Shown here: positions 8,405 to 17,502 of the stretch, piece after piece
How the letters are laid out: the number at the start of each line of letters is the position of its first letter
Position numbering within the stretch: the first letter of the stretch is position 1
Assembly (NCBI GenBank): GCA_044870765.1
Contig: JBIOZG010000015.1
Span: 10,795-74,794 of the forward strand
DNA from: Nitrososphaeraceae archaeon
GTDB taxonomy: Archaea; Thermoproteota; Nitrososphaeria; Nitrososphaerales; Nitrososphaeraceae
Length of the DNA stretch: 64,000 bases
Direction: 5' to 3'
Translations under genes and position numbers: made by a program
Notes under the pieces: model-generated
Told to the model about the DNA's origin: nothing
The model's input: the letters and a program-made list of their open reading frames with translations, nothing else
Database searches by the model: none

Positions 8405-10606
8405 ATGCCAAAATTCAAGTCCACTCAGGATATCTTGAGAATTATAGGAAATAAAGATCAAATTCGTAATTTCGGCGTAATTGCTCATGTTGATCACGGA
8501 AAGACAACGATGAGCGACAGTTTATTGGCTGCTTCGGGAATTATTTCTCCGTCTGTTGCTGGTCAGGCTCTGGCTCTTGATTCAATGAAACTTGAACAAA
8601 ATAGACAAATGACAATTAGAGGAGCCAATGTAACCCTGTATTATGAACTCGGAGGAAAAGAATATGTGATTAATATGATTGATACTCCTGGACATATCGA
8701 TTTTACAGGAAGAGTTACGCGAGCACTTAGGGCAATAGATGGAGTAGTGGTAGTCTCTGACTCTGTTGAAGGAATAATGACTCAAACAGAAACTGTGACC
8801 AGACAAGCACTTGAAGAACGTGTAAGACCAGTTCTTTACATAAACAAAATTGATAGACTTGTCAAGGAACTAAGATTAGATGCACCTGCTATGCAGAAAT
8901 GGCTTTCGAATATTATTGCAGAATTTAACAAACTAGTCGATATCTATGCTGAACCTGAATTAAAAGAGAAATGGAAGGTAAGTATTCAGGGAAACAGTGT
9001 AGCCTTTGGATCGGCAAAGGATAGGTGGGGATTTAACTTCAATATTGCTCAGAGGAATGGAGTTGGCTTTAAAGATGTTTATGACGCATACAACTCAGAA
9101 GATCAGTCTTTAATAAAGGCCCTCTCTGAGAAGGCTCCGCTGCATGAGGCTGTACTTGGGATGGTTGTCCAACACCACCCTCCACCCCATGTGGCACAGC
9201 GTTACAGAATACCGAAAATTTGGCCCGGTGATCTTGATTCTGATATAGGGAAATCACTTATAACATGCGACGACAAAGGACCAATTTTAATGATGGTTAC
9301 TACAATTAATGTGGACCCTCAGGCTGGTAGGATAGCTACGGGTAGATTGTTTTCAGGGACGATTAAGGACGGTGACGAAGTGTATCTAATAGATGGTAAA
9401 AGAATGGGTAAAGTTCAATCAGTAAATATCTACATGGGTAACACTCGAGAAGTAGTAAACATGCTTCCTGCTGGAAATATACCAGCTCTGCTTGGTATTG
9501 ATCATGCAATTGCAGGAGAGACATTCTCATCAGTCAAAAATGTACCTGCATTTGAATCAATAAAATATGTTTCAGAACCAGTTGTTACAATAGCCATCGA
9601 ACCAAAACATCCAAAAGATTTACCAAAATTGGTTGAAGCATTAAGGAGAATTACTGTTGAAGATCCAAATCTAATCGTAAAAATCAATGAAGAAAGTGGT
9701 GAAACTTTACTTTCGGGCATGGGTGTATTACACCTAGAGATAGCTACATCTCTAATATTGGAAACAGGTTTAGAAATAACAACCACTCAACCTCTTATTA
9801 ATTATCGAGAGACAATACGAAACATTGCTGGTCCAATTATGAGTAAATCTCCGAATAAGCACAATAAGATTTTCATGAGAGTTGAACCACTAGGGGAAGA
9901 GATAATTGAATTAATAAAGAACGGCCAAATTCATGAGGACCTAGAAAGAAAACAGATGGCCAAAATACTTAGGGAAAAGGGATGGAGCGCAGATGAAGCA
10001 AAAAATGTTGCTGCAGTGGATATCAGTGGAAACATACTGGTGGACGAAACGAAGGGTGTACAGTTTATTCAGGAATCAATGGATTCTATCAGATCAGGTT
10101 TCGACGATGTGATACATTCTGGTCCTATAGCTCATGAAACAGTTCGAGGAGTAAAATTTGTTTTACACCATTTTGTCCCCCATGAAGATCCAGCTCATCG
10201 TGGCTTGGCACAATTAATGCCAGCCACCAGAAGATCAATGTTAGGATCAATGCTTTTGGCAGATTCGGCATTGCTAGAACCTATACTTGGTATGGAAATA
10301 AAGTGTCCACAAGAACAAATCGGAACGGTGGCGGGAATCCTATCTGGAAAACGTGGAAAACTATTGAACGTCGAACAAAAGGGAGTAATTAGCATAATAC
10401 AAGGTGAAGTTCCAGCTTCTGAAACATTCGACTTGTCTGAAGTAATGCGTGGCGGTACGGCTGGCAAAGCTTTGTGGAATACATATTTCAAGTCCTGGCA
10501 AATTGTACCTCAATCCATTTTCAAATCACTTGTAAATGACATTAGGAAGAGAAAGGGTCTCAATCCAGAACCACCGACGGCTGATGAATTTGTTGATAAG
10601 GAATAA
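8405..10606 (+). CDS. fusA: translation elongation factor aEF-2
   Basis: AHVDHGKTT, DTPGH, NKID; diphthamide loop HEDPAHRG; start taken at MPKFK (8405). Confidence 0.97.
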   Translation: MPKFKSTQDILRIIGNKDQIRNFGVIAHVDHGKTTMSDSLLAASGIISPSVAGQALALDSMKLEQNRQMTIRGANVTLYYELGGKEYVINMIDTPGHIDFTGRVTRALRAIDGVVVVSDSVEGIMTQTETVTRQALEERVRPVLYINKIDRLVKELRLDAPAMQKWLSNIIAEFNKLVDIYAEPELKEKWKVSIQGNSVAFGSAKDRWGFNFNIAQRNGVGFKDVYDAYNSEDQSLIKALSEKAPLHEAVLGMVVQHHPPPHVAQRYRIPKIWPGDLDSDIGKSLITCDDKGPILMMVTTINVDPQAGRIATGRLFSGTIKDGDEVYLIDGKRMGKVQSVNIYMGNTREVVNMLPAGNIPALLGIDHAIAGETFSSVKNVPAFESIKYVSEPVVTIAIEPKHPKDLPKLVEALRRITVEDPNLIVKINEESGETLLSGMGVLHLEIATSLILETGLEITTTQPLINYRETIRNIAGPIMSKSPNKHNKIFMRVEPLGEEIIELIKNGQIHEDLERKQMAKILREKGWSADEAKNVAAVDISGNILVDETKGVQFIQESMDSIRSGFDDVIHSGPIAHETVRGVKFVLHHFVPHEDPAHRGLAQLMPATRRSMLGSMLLADSALLEPILGMEIKCPQEQIGTVAGILSGKRGKLLNVEQKGVISIIQGEVPASETFDLSEVMRGGTAGKALWNTYFKSWQIVPQSIFKSLVNDIRKRKGLNPEPPTADEFVDKE

Positions 10607-10762
10607 AACCTTTGCTCTTATCGCACGATGAGAATTATTTCTCCCGTGATATGATAATTGCAATAATGTAACTTTTTTTATGTAAGATCCGTAACGATAG
10701 AGTGTAGAATTTATATGCAAGGATGTAATATAATATAATAATTACAAATAGGTGTTTGTCGA

Positions 10763-10960
10763 TTGTTTAACAAGGAATCGTGCAGGTCGTGTGGTAGTAT
10801 TTTGTCCCCTGTCTCAAAGTGTAAACTTTGCAAAGAGTATGTATCATGGATTTGTAATTATTGCCAGCAAGTAGAGGAAGTAAGTCATAGACATGAAAGG
10901 GCTCATGAGTCACAAGGAAACACCTATTTGGATATCAAAGATAGGTTGATAACTGCGTAG
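10763..10960 (+). CDS. small zinc-finger protein (3x CxxC + HxH)
   Basis: CRSC..CKLC..CNYC..HRH in 65 aa; AT-rich TATA-like element upstream. Confidence 0.65.
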   Translation: MFNKESCRSCGSILSPVSKCKLCKEYVSWICNYCQQVEEVSHRHERAHESQGNTYLDIKDRLITA

Positions 10961-11015
10961 ATTGTGCTTCTAGCAAACTTGACTATATTCCTCGGCCATA
11001 TTGAAATAATTAATA

Positions 11016-12002
11016 CTATCTACCTTCGTTCTTTTTAGTCCCATCAAGATTTTTAGAATTAACAGGACAGCTATCTCTTTCCACCTCAACGTAGATCTTG
11101 GATGATGTTTTTACATCAATTACGGATTTGATTCGATCTTCAATTGTGTCTATTACTTGTTCTATTTGGTCCGTGGTTATGTTATCTACAATACTTACTT
11201 CCATAGCAACAAGTACATCGTTGGGTCCAAAATGCATAGTTCTAAGTGTGATGACCCTGTTCACCTCAGGAATCTTTAGTACGGATTCTATAATTCTAAC
11301 ATGATCTTTCTTAGACATTGCCTCTCCGATAAGAAGAGCTCGATTTTCTTTTGCCAGAAAGAAGGCAAATAACATTAAAACTGCACCTATTAATATTGAA
11401 CCTAATGCATCATAGATCATGTTGTTAGTAACGTCGGATAGATAGATTCCTATTGCCGCTATTGCTATACCAAGTAACGCTGCTGAATCTTCCACTATGA
11501 CAGTCAAAATTGTAGGGTCTTTACTTTCTTGAAATTCTGTGAATAACTTACGGAGATTAACCTTTTCTCCTCTCGCTTCTATGGTACCCTTAAATAAATT
11601 GAAAGCAATTCTTAGGGCGTTACCTTCAAAGACGGCGGAGATTAATAGTATTACATAACTGATATTGGTGTTTACAATTTGATGTACTGGATCAAATATG
11701 GAAGCAAATCCTTTTTCAAACGACAGAATTCCTGAAATTCCAAATAATAGTGTCGCCACAATGAATGACCAGAAAAATTGTTCTTTTCCATAACCAAACG
11801 GATGTCTTTCTGTAGGTACTTTTGAACTTGTCTTAATTCCGATTAGCAATAAGACTTGGTTAAAAGTATCAGAGAATGAATGGTATGTTTCAGACCACAT
11901 TGCACTACTGTTAGTCAATAATGCTGCGATTAGTTTTGCAATCGCGATTCCCAAGTTGCCAAATAGCGCGGCATACACGGCCCTCTTGGAACTTCCGACC
12001 AA
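11016..12002 (-). CDS. cation diffusion facilitator (CDF) metal transporter
   Basis: about 6 TM segments, HSFSD, HPFGYGK, C-terminal cytoplasmic domain (LRTMHFGP). Confidence 0.92.
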   Translation of the reverse strand: MVGSSKRAVYAALFGNLGIAIAKLIAALLTNSSAMWSETYHSFSDTFNQVLLLIGIKTSSKVPTERHPFGYGKEQFFWSFIVATLLFGISGILSFEKGFASIFDPVHQIVNTNISYVILLISAVFEGNALRIAFNLFKGTIEARGEKVNLRKLFTEFQESKDPTILTVIVEDSAALLGIAIAAIGIYLSDVTNNMIYDALGSILIGAVLMLFAFFLAKENRALLIGEAMSKKDHVRIIESVLKIPEVNRVITLRTMHFGPNDVLVAMEVSIVDNITTDQIEQVIDTIEDRIKSVIDVKTSSKIYVEVERDSCPVNSKNLDGTKKNEGR

Positions 12003-12042
12003 AAATTATCCTCCTTTTCTCATATTCTGATTTAAGAAAGAT

Positions 12043-13575
12043 TTAGCGAGAAATTATCTCTTTCATAAAGATATTTTGATCAAGTTTGGAAAATTCATTC
12101 AAATTTATGTCGTCTCCTTTAGACATTATTTGCTTAATCTTCTCTACAGCGGCGGGTTCAATCCACCATTTTTCACCAAACCAATTGATTAGATATCTTT
12201 CTAGTTCTGCAGCTCGTATCGCAGCTATCATGTAACTGGGTACATACATTATTGATTCCGGAAGGATATGATGTAGCATCCAATATTCTCCAGGCACTTC
12301 AAGACCCATATACCTTTTGATTAGTTTTTCGTATAACCTGCTTGTTTCAGAAATTGTGAGGTTCTTGTTCCAGAACTCCATTTTCATCAAGGAATTTGCA
12401 GCATAAAAAACGATGAAGAATAGCTCCATGAATTTGTCTCTCAATACTATCTCCGTTAACACCTTATCGTTTGTGATTCCAATGTCCTTCAAATATAACG
12501 GATTTCTTGTTAATCTTTCGATTAGTATTGAGAATATTTCGGCCACTCCCATTGGAAATTTGTATTTTTCCCAATAGCTTAGTTTCCTATCAATCGAAGA
12601 GGCATGTATCGCGTGTCCCGTTTCATGATAACAGCTTTGCAAATTAAAGTACGGGCTTTCACTCTTGTATAATACCCGTATGTCATCAGGAATTTTTACA
12701 AAGAAGCAAATCGGTGATGGATATTTATTTGGTCGGTCAGAGATATCAAACTTAATTCTTGAAAAATCAAACCCAATTGATTCTAGGGTCTTCCTAACTG
12801 TGCGTACAGGATTAGTTTTGGAAAAATATTTCTCAATATCTAGAAAAATTCTGTTTCGAAAAAAATAAAAATCATCATAGTATTCGGCATCTTTTCCGAT
12901 CAATTCACTAGCATATCGCAGCTCATTTCTAAACGGTGATTCTGCACGTTGTCCCAAATCTGTAACCAATTTCTTGAGATCCGATAGGCATATTTTTTCA
13001 CTTAATAGGTATCCATCTATGGGATTAATTGGTTTTTTTGAAGTCTCATTTACTCTGTCAGAAAAGTTATAATAAATTTCTCTGATTTTTTTAAAACGTA
13101 AATTGATGAGCGGAGAAATATATTTTGTCTTTTTGACAAACTCATCAAATACCATTTTTCTCTTGTTGTGATCTTTTTCGTTACTATTGAATTGTCTCCA
13201 ATTATTCCAGTTCACTTGTTTTCCATTGAATTTGAAATCATTACTTTTAACCTTGGTTCCTCTCAATTCATGCAATTTTAATTCAAGAGGCTTTGTTTTA
13301 GATTCAGAAATATTTTCAATTGAGGAAAGGAGCAATGTTTTAGGTTGAGAAAATGTCCTTACAAATATCTCTGAAATGAGTAACTTCATCTTGGCCAAAT
13401 ATTCTATATTTTTCCTATCATAATCATAACCGGCAAATTGTAGATATTGTTCATTAGTTTCGGCAGAATATAGAGTCTCATCTATCTTACACCATTCTTC
13501 TAGATTCAACAAGATAACACTAGCTAAAAAGATATTTAAGTTGCTTAACTGACAGCTAGGAAAATCCTTTGCCAT
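12043..13575 (-). CDS. gluzincin zinc metallopeptidase, M3/oligoendopeptidase-like
   Basis: HETGH (HExxH) plus downstream Glu (GVAEIFS); late H/Y motif (HHI..MYVPSY). Confidence 0.7.
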   Translation of the reverse strand: MAKDFPSCQLSNLNIFLASVILLNLEEWCKIDETLYSAETNEQYLQFAGYDYDRKNIEYLAKMKLLISEIFVRTFSQPKTLLLSSIENISESKTKPLELKLHELRGTKVKSNDFKFNGKQVNWNNWRQFNSNEKDHNKRKMVFDEFVKKTKYISPLINLRFKKIREIYYNFSDRVNETSKKPINPIDGYLLSEKICLSDLKKLVTDLGQRAESPFRNELRYASELIGKDAEYYDDFYFFRNRIFLDIEKYFSKTNPVRTVRKTLESIGFDFSRIKFDISDRPNKYPSPICFFVKIPDDIRVLYKSESPYFNLQSCYHETGHAIHASSIDRKLSYWEKYKFPMGVAEIFSILIERLTRNPLYLKDIGITNDKVLTEIVLRDKFMELFFIVFYAANSLMKMEFWNKNLTISETSRLYEKLIKRYMGLEVPGEYWMLHHILPESIMYVPSYMIAAIRAAELERYLINWFGEKWWIEPAAVEKIKQIMSKGDDINLNEFSKLDQNIFMKEIISR

Positions 13576-13677
13576 ATTGAGATAGTACGATAGAAAAAAT
13601 ACAATAAGTTGGTGTGAATTTGTTTAGAAAATATTACCAGCAGGTTATTCAAATATGACACTTTGATTTAACGACTA

Positions 13678-14352
13678 GTGATTTGTCTAGATCCTATGAC
13701 TAGCTTTACAAACCAGTGGAATAAGGAGGCCAAAAAAGATCCCACGGAAAGAATTAGAGAAAGCCTGAAATCACAAAAACCTCTAAAACCTACTATGGAA
13801 TCTGCAAAAAATAGACTGGGAATTCAAACTCAAAAACTAGATACACTATTGGAGAAATTAAAATCAAAAGATCGAGCACTTTTTAATCAAATTGTTACAC
13901 ATTTACAAAATCATGATAGCCAACAGAGCAAGATGCTTTCAAATGAACTCTCGCAAGTTCGAAGAACGATAAAGACTATTTCCCAATTAAAAATGTCCCT
14001 TGAGCAGGTGCATATGAGACTAGAATCTACCATTGATATTGGAGATGCCCTTACTGCACTAAAACCGGCAGTTGGAACGTTATCAAAAGTAAAAACTGGA
14101 TTATCTGGACTTATGCCCAATGTCGACGTAGAATTGGGAGAAATTAATGATGTCTTTAGTGATATAATGGTAAATGCTAATAGCACTTCGGATATTGGCC
14201 TTGCACTAAATCCATCAGGTGGAGATGTGACTAATATACTTGCAGAAGCAAGCATGGTTGCGGAGCAGAGGGTCACAGACAATTTTCCAGATGTGCCCAT
14301 GGGGACATACAATCGAAATGCTAGGTCCTCCGTCGGAGAACACACTGAATAA
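13678..14352 (+). CDS. ESCRT-III/Snf7-like cell division protein, CdvB paralogue
   Basis: Snf7 helical hairpin (LSNELSQVRRT..LEQVHMRLEST.DIGD); C-terminal FPDVP, MIM2-like. Confidence 0.85.
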   Translation: MICLDPMTSFTNQWNKEAKKDPTERIRESLKSQKPLKPTMESAKNRLGIQTQKLDTLLEKLKSKDRALFNQIVTHLQNHDSQQSKMLSNELSQVRRTIKTISQLKMSLEQVHMRLESTIDIGDALTALKPAVGTLSKVKTGLSGLMPNVDVELGEINDVFSDIMVNANSTSDIGLALNPSGGDVTNILAEASMVAEQRVTDNFPDVPMGTYNRNARSSVGEHTE

Positions 14353-14405
14353 TCACTAAATTGTTGTCCCGCAATTGGTATGCATGTATCAAATAGAAAA
14401 ACGCA

Positions 14406-14741
14406 ATGACAGTGACCAAAACAAAAGTGACTCATGGTAAAGGGTCAATAATAATCTCAACATTTCAATCCAGACAAACTGCAAATAGGATAGCAAAAGC
14501 TATGATTTCAAAGAAGCTTTGTGCTTGTGTAAATATCATAAAAATAAATTCTTTCTACTATTGGAAACATAAAATCCAACACGATGATGAGTATCTCTGT
14601 TTTTTTAAGACTGTTTCTTCTGCTAAATTGAGTAAAGAAATAAAGAAAATCCATCCATACAATGTACCCGAAATCGTGGAACTACGACTGGATAACGCTG
14701 ATAAAGATTACCTGGGATGGCTAACTAATTCTATTTCTTAA
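14406..14741 (+). CDS. cutA: divalent-cation tolerance protein CutA
   Basis: LCACVNI, SFYYW, HPYNVPEI, YLGWL. Confidence 0.93.
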   Translation: MTVTKTKVTHGKGSIIISTFQSRQTANRIAKAMISKKLCACVNIIKINSFYYWKHKIQHDDEYLCFFKTVSSAKLSKEIKKIHPYNVPEIVELRLDNADKDYLGWLTNSIS

Positions 14742-14757
14742 ATTCCGACTGTCTGTC

Positions 14758-15825
14758 TTACCTTATTGCATATCTTAGAAGGCCAACAATGCCGCCTAAA
14801 GAAGAGATTCGCAGTCCTATATCGGTAGACGCGTCAACTCCATATATCTTTCCTCCAAAAGTTTCTGTTGAATTCAATAAACCAATGAATTCATCCTCGT
14901 TGATTTTTTCTAAGATAGCGTTAGAATAGATTAGACTGTCTATTGACTTGTTAATCACAGCAGATTTAACTTCATTTACACCAATGGCATATTTAGGATC
15001 ACCTTTGTGGATAAGGTACATTAAATTGTCCAGTAAGGATGAGACAATTCCTATTTTACTAGTCTTCAATAACTCTTTTAGTGAGTCAGAACGCAGAGAT
15101 ACAAAAATACCATCTTCGCCTGCAACGTCTATGCCTTCTAGAATGGAAATTTTGTCATTGATTTCCTTGGCAAGATAGTTAAAAAATTTCCTCTTGGTTT
15201 CTCCAGGCCCAAATAGGACTATCATCTGCTCTTGTGAGTGTAGGTTAGTAACACTCTTAATTCCTGTGAGAATTTCATCAAAAAAACTATCTATATTTGC
15301 GTTTACGGCCCTAGAACCCTGAAACCTTTTTCCACTTTGACCAGAGTAAATATTGGGTAGGATCTTTACATGAGTACCTGTTACTAATCCTATGGCTGCT
15401 TCCTGAATATCAATTGAAATCAGGATGTAGATAGTGTTACTACCAGAATTTCCTAATATGTCAGTTTGAATTTGTTTCCACTGTTTCTTTTCTAGTATAA
15501 TCAAATCGTCAACCTTGATCGATATAGAATGGTGAACGCCCTTTGGAACTAACTGATTGTCGCTGTTCAGTATCATTCCCCCAATTCTTATTCTATCTAC
15601 TGTTCCATCAAACTTTATGTTATCAACTCTTAGTAATATTCTTATTTTTATTCGTTCACCCTTATCTGGTCTGGAAAATTCAGACTTGTGTTTTATTGAT
15701 CGAGTGGTATCTGTGATAATGTTGTCATTTAGCTCAATTATCCTTCTTAACGAAAAAAGGTCATCCAGATCTTCTGGGATAATTGCCTTGGATTTGTCAG
15801 AATGCTTCGAATCACGAACAATCAT
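14758..15825 (-). CDS. pelA: pelota/aDom34 ribosome rescue factor
   Basis: PEDLDDLFSL, GVHHSI, GPGETK, SLGGIVGLLRY. Confidence 0.92.
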   Translation of the reverse strand: MIVRDSKHSDKSKAIIPEDLDDLFSLRRIIELNDNIITDTTRSIKHKSEFSRPDKGERIKIRILLRVDNIKFDGTVDRIRIGGMILNSDNQLVPKGVHHSISIKVDDLIILEKKQWKQIQTDILGNSGSNTIYILISIDIQEAAIGLVTGTHVKILPNIYSGQSGKRFQGSRAVNANIDSFFDEILTGIKSVTNLHSQEQMIVLFGPGETKRKFFNYLAKEINDKISILEGIDVAGEDGIFVSLRSDSLKELLKTSKIGIVSSLLDNLMYLIHKGDPKYAIGVNEVKSAVINKSIDSLIYSNAILEKINEDEFIGLLNSTETFGGKIYGVDASTDIGLRISSLGGIVGLLRYAIR

Positions 15826-15846
15826 CTGTATTATCTTTCACATTGT

Positions 15847-16296
15847 CTAATTGTTATCTTGCGAATTAGGTTCAGTACTTAATTTTGAGCTATTGTCATT
15901 TTGACCTTGTTGTTTTGAAGATTCAAGGTAACTATTTACCCATTCCTGAGTTATTACTCCTGATTCAACCAAATTTACTAAGGCGTTGGGAGATGCCTCC
16001 CCTGTTACCTTTCCATTTTTCCTTCGGGTCTGTCTCCATTTAAGTTGGGTGTTTCCGGTCTTTGAGGAATAAATGATGCCGAGCACTTCCTTAGCATTTA
16101 CAAACGTCATTTCACGAATTTTTTTTAGGGTTACCTTGTCAGCCGCTTCAATATAGATTGCTCCGGGTCCCTCCTCACGCTCAGGAAATATTTCAAAGTC
16201 ATGCATGTAACTTTCTGGAATAAAGGATCTACATGTACTTATAATGATAAACCTTCTAAAACTCTCAAGTGAGCAAGCGGCTTCTATTAGTACCAA
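15847..16296 (-). CDS. conserved-looking hypothetical protein, likely co-transcribed with pelota
   Basis: clean 149-aa ORF ending 21 bp before the pelota start. Confidence 0.7.
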   Translation of the reverse strand: MVLIEAACSLESFRRFIIISTCRSFIPESYMHDFEIFPEREEGPGAIYIEAADKVTLKKIREMTFVNAKEVLGIIYSSKTGNTQLKWRQTRRKNGKVTGEASPNALVNLVESGVITQEWVNSYLESSKQQGQNDNSSKLSTEPNSQDNN

Positions 16297-16583
16297 TGTG
16301 TTGATAGGATTAATTGCTATTGCTATTTATCAAGTTTCTGACAAGTAAATTTCAGAAGGTGGAATTTGTTGATATATAAAATTCTTTATTGGCAGGTAAA
16401 TATCCCTGCAGTCACAAGCGTTATTCGAAAATTAGGGAGGACAAACTCCTAACTCAAGATCTACTTCATTTTGACTTCAGTAGGGCTATTCCGTCATTGT
16501 TTGTCCTTTAGTATTACTTTTATCGACACTTAAAAATTAGATTGTAAATAAACGCACAAAAATACCTCTTTGAAACTTAATTT

Positions 16584-17351
16584 TTACTTTGAGCTTGCAT
16601 CGGACCATAAATAGCTAAAGTATTCCTTGGCAAATCCAGCAAGTCCAATATGATTGGCCCAAATCGCAATCGGTTCCACAGCACCTCTTTCGTTTCTTCC
16701 ATTTCCAAGGAGAATCATAACCTCATTTATGTCGCCTATCACGCCTCCTCCAAACATGTTGTTCTTTACTCTAACTTCAGCAACTCTTGAAATGGTATGG
16801 ATAGTTTCTTTACTGGTATTTTCAGAAACAAGCACTGCTATCTTTACTCCTTTCTCAGATAACGTTCTCAAGGTAGCCTGAATGATACCAACAATATTTT
16901 CTGCCCCCTGGGGCAATGCAATGAGTAATTCCTTCTTACAATTTTGAATTATTTCTTGTACTTTATTTGCGATATTGAATAGACCCATTACTACCCATAT
17001 TTCAGGCCGCTCTTTAATCCCTGTTTTTTCATAAATTGGCATTAGTTCTCGTATTATTAACTCATTGTTAGAATCCATCTTTTTCTCACTCAATGTCCTT
17101 GTTGCTTCTGTTGCCGTCTGAGGTGAATTTGGAAAGAATTTCTGCGGTCTTGAGCTATTAGATTCAATCCAGCCTCTCTCTTCTAATGAATTTAAAACTT
17201 CGTATATCTTTGAATACGGAACGCTGGATTTTTTACTTAGCTCAGAAGCTGGCATCGACCCATTCTCAAGCAATGAAATGTAGACTTTTATTTCATAACT
17301 CCCTAAACCTATTTCTTCCATCGCTTTCTTGGTCTTATCAGATAAACTCAT
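16584..17351 (-). CDS. TrmB-family transcriptional regulator
   Basis: GLGSYEIKVY..ELSKKSSVPYSKIYEVLNSLEERGWI wHTH plus C-terminal effector domain. Confidence 0.92.
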   Translation of the reverse strand: MSLSDKTKKAMEEIGLGSYEIKVYISLLENGSMPASELSKKSSVPYSKIYEVLNSLEERGWIESNSSRPQKFFPNSPQTATEATRTLSEKKMDSNNELIIRELMPIYEKTGIKERPEIWVVMGLFNIANKVQEIIQNCKKELLIALPQGAENIVGIIQATLRTLSEKGVKIAVLVSENTSKETIHTISRVAEVRVKNNMFGGGVIGDINEVMILLGNGRNERGAVEPIAIWANHIGLAGFAKEYFSYLWSDASSK

Positions 17352-17408
17352 AATAATAATTGAACTGGATTACAGAAACATACTATATATTTTAAATGTA
17401 ATTTGCAG

Positions 17409-17422
17409 TGCTTATATAAGCA
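17409..17422. promoter_or_regulatory. perfect 14-bp palindrome TGCTTATATAAGCA between divergent trmB and tes
   Basis: self-complementary and contains TTATATAA on both strands; could be a bidirectional TATA box or an operator. Confidence 0.45.
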
Positions 17423-17502
17423 AACTATTCACCCTATTATTAGTTACATTATACTTATATAGGAAAAATACAAAGTCGACATGAAACCTAGGTGAAATTA
17501 AA

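Noticed and set aside
8405-10606. EF-2 as a diphthamide-less paralogue
   Set aside because: The HEDPAHRG loop with the target His is intact, so it is a canonical aEF-2.
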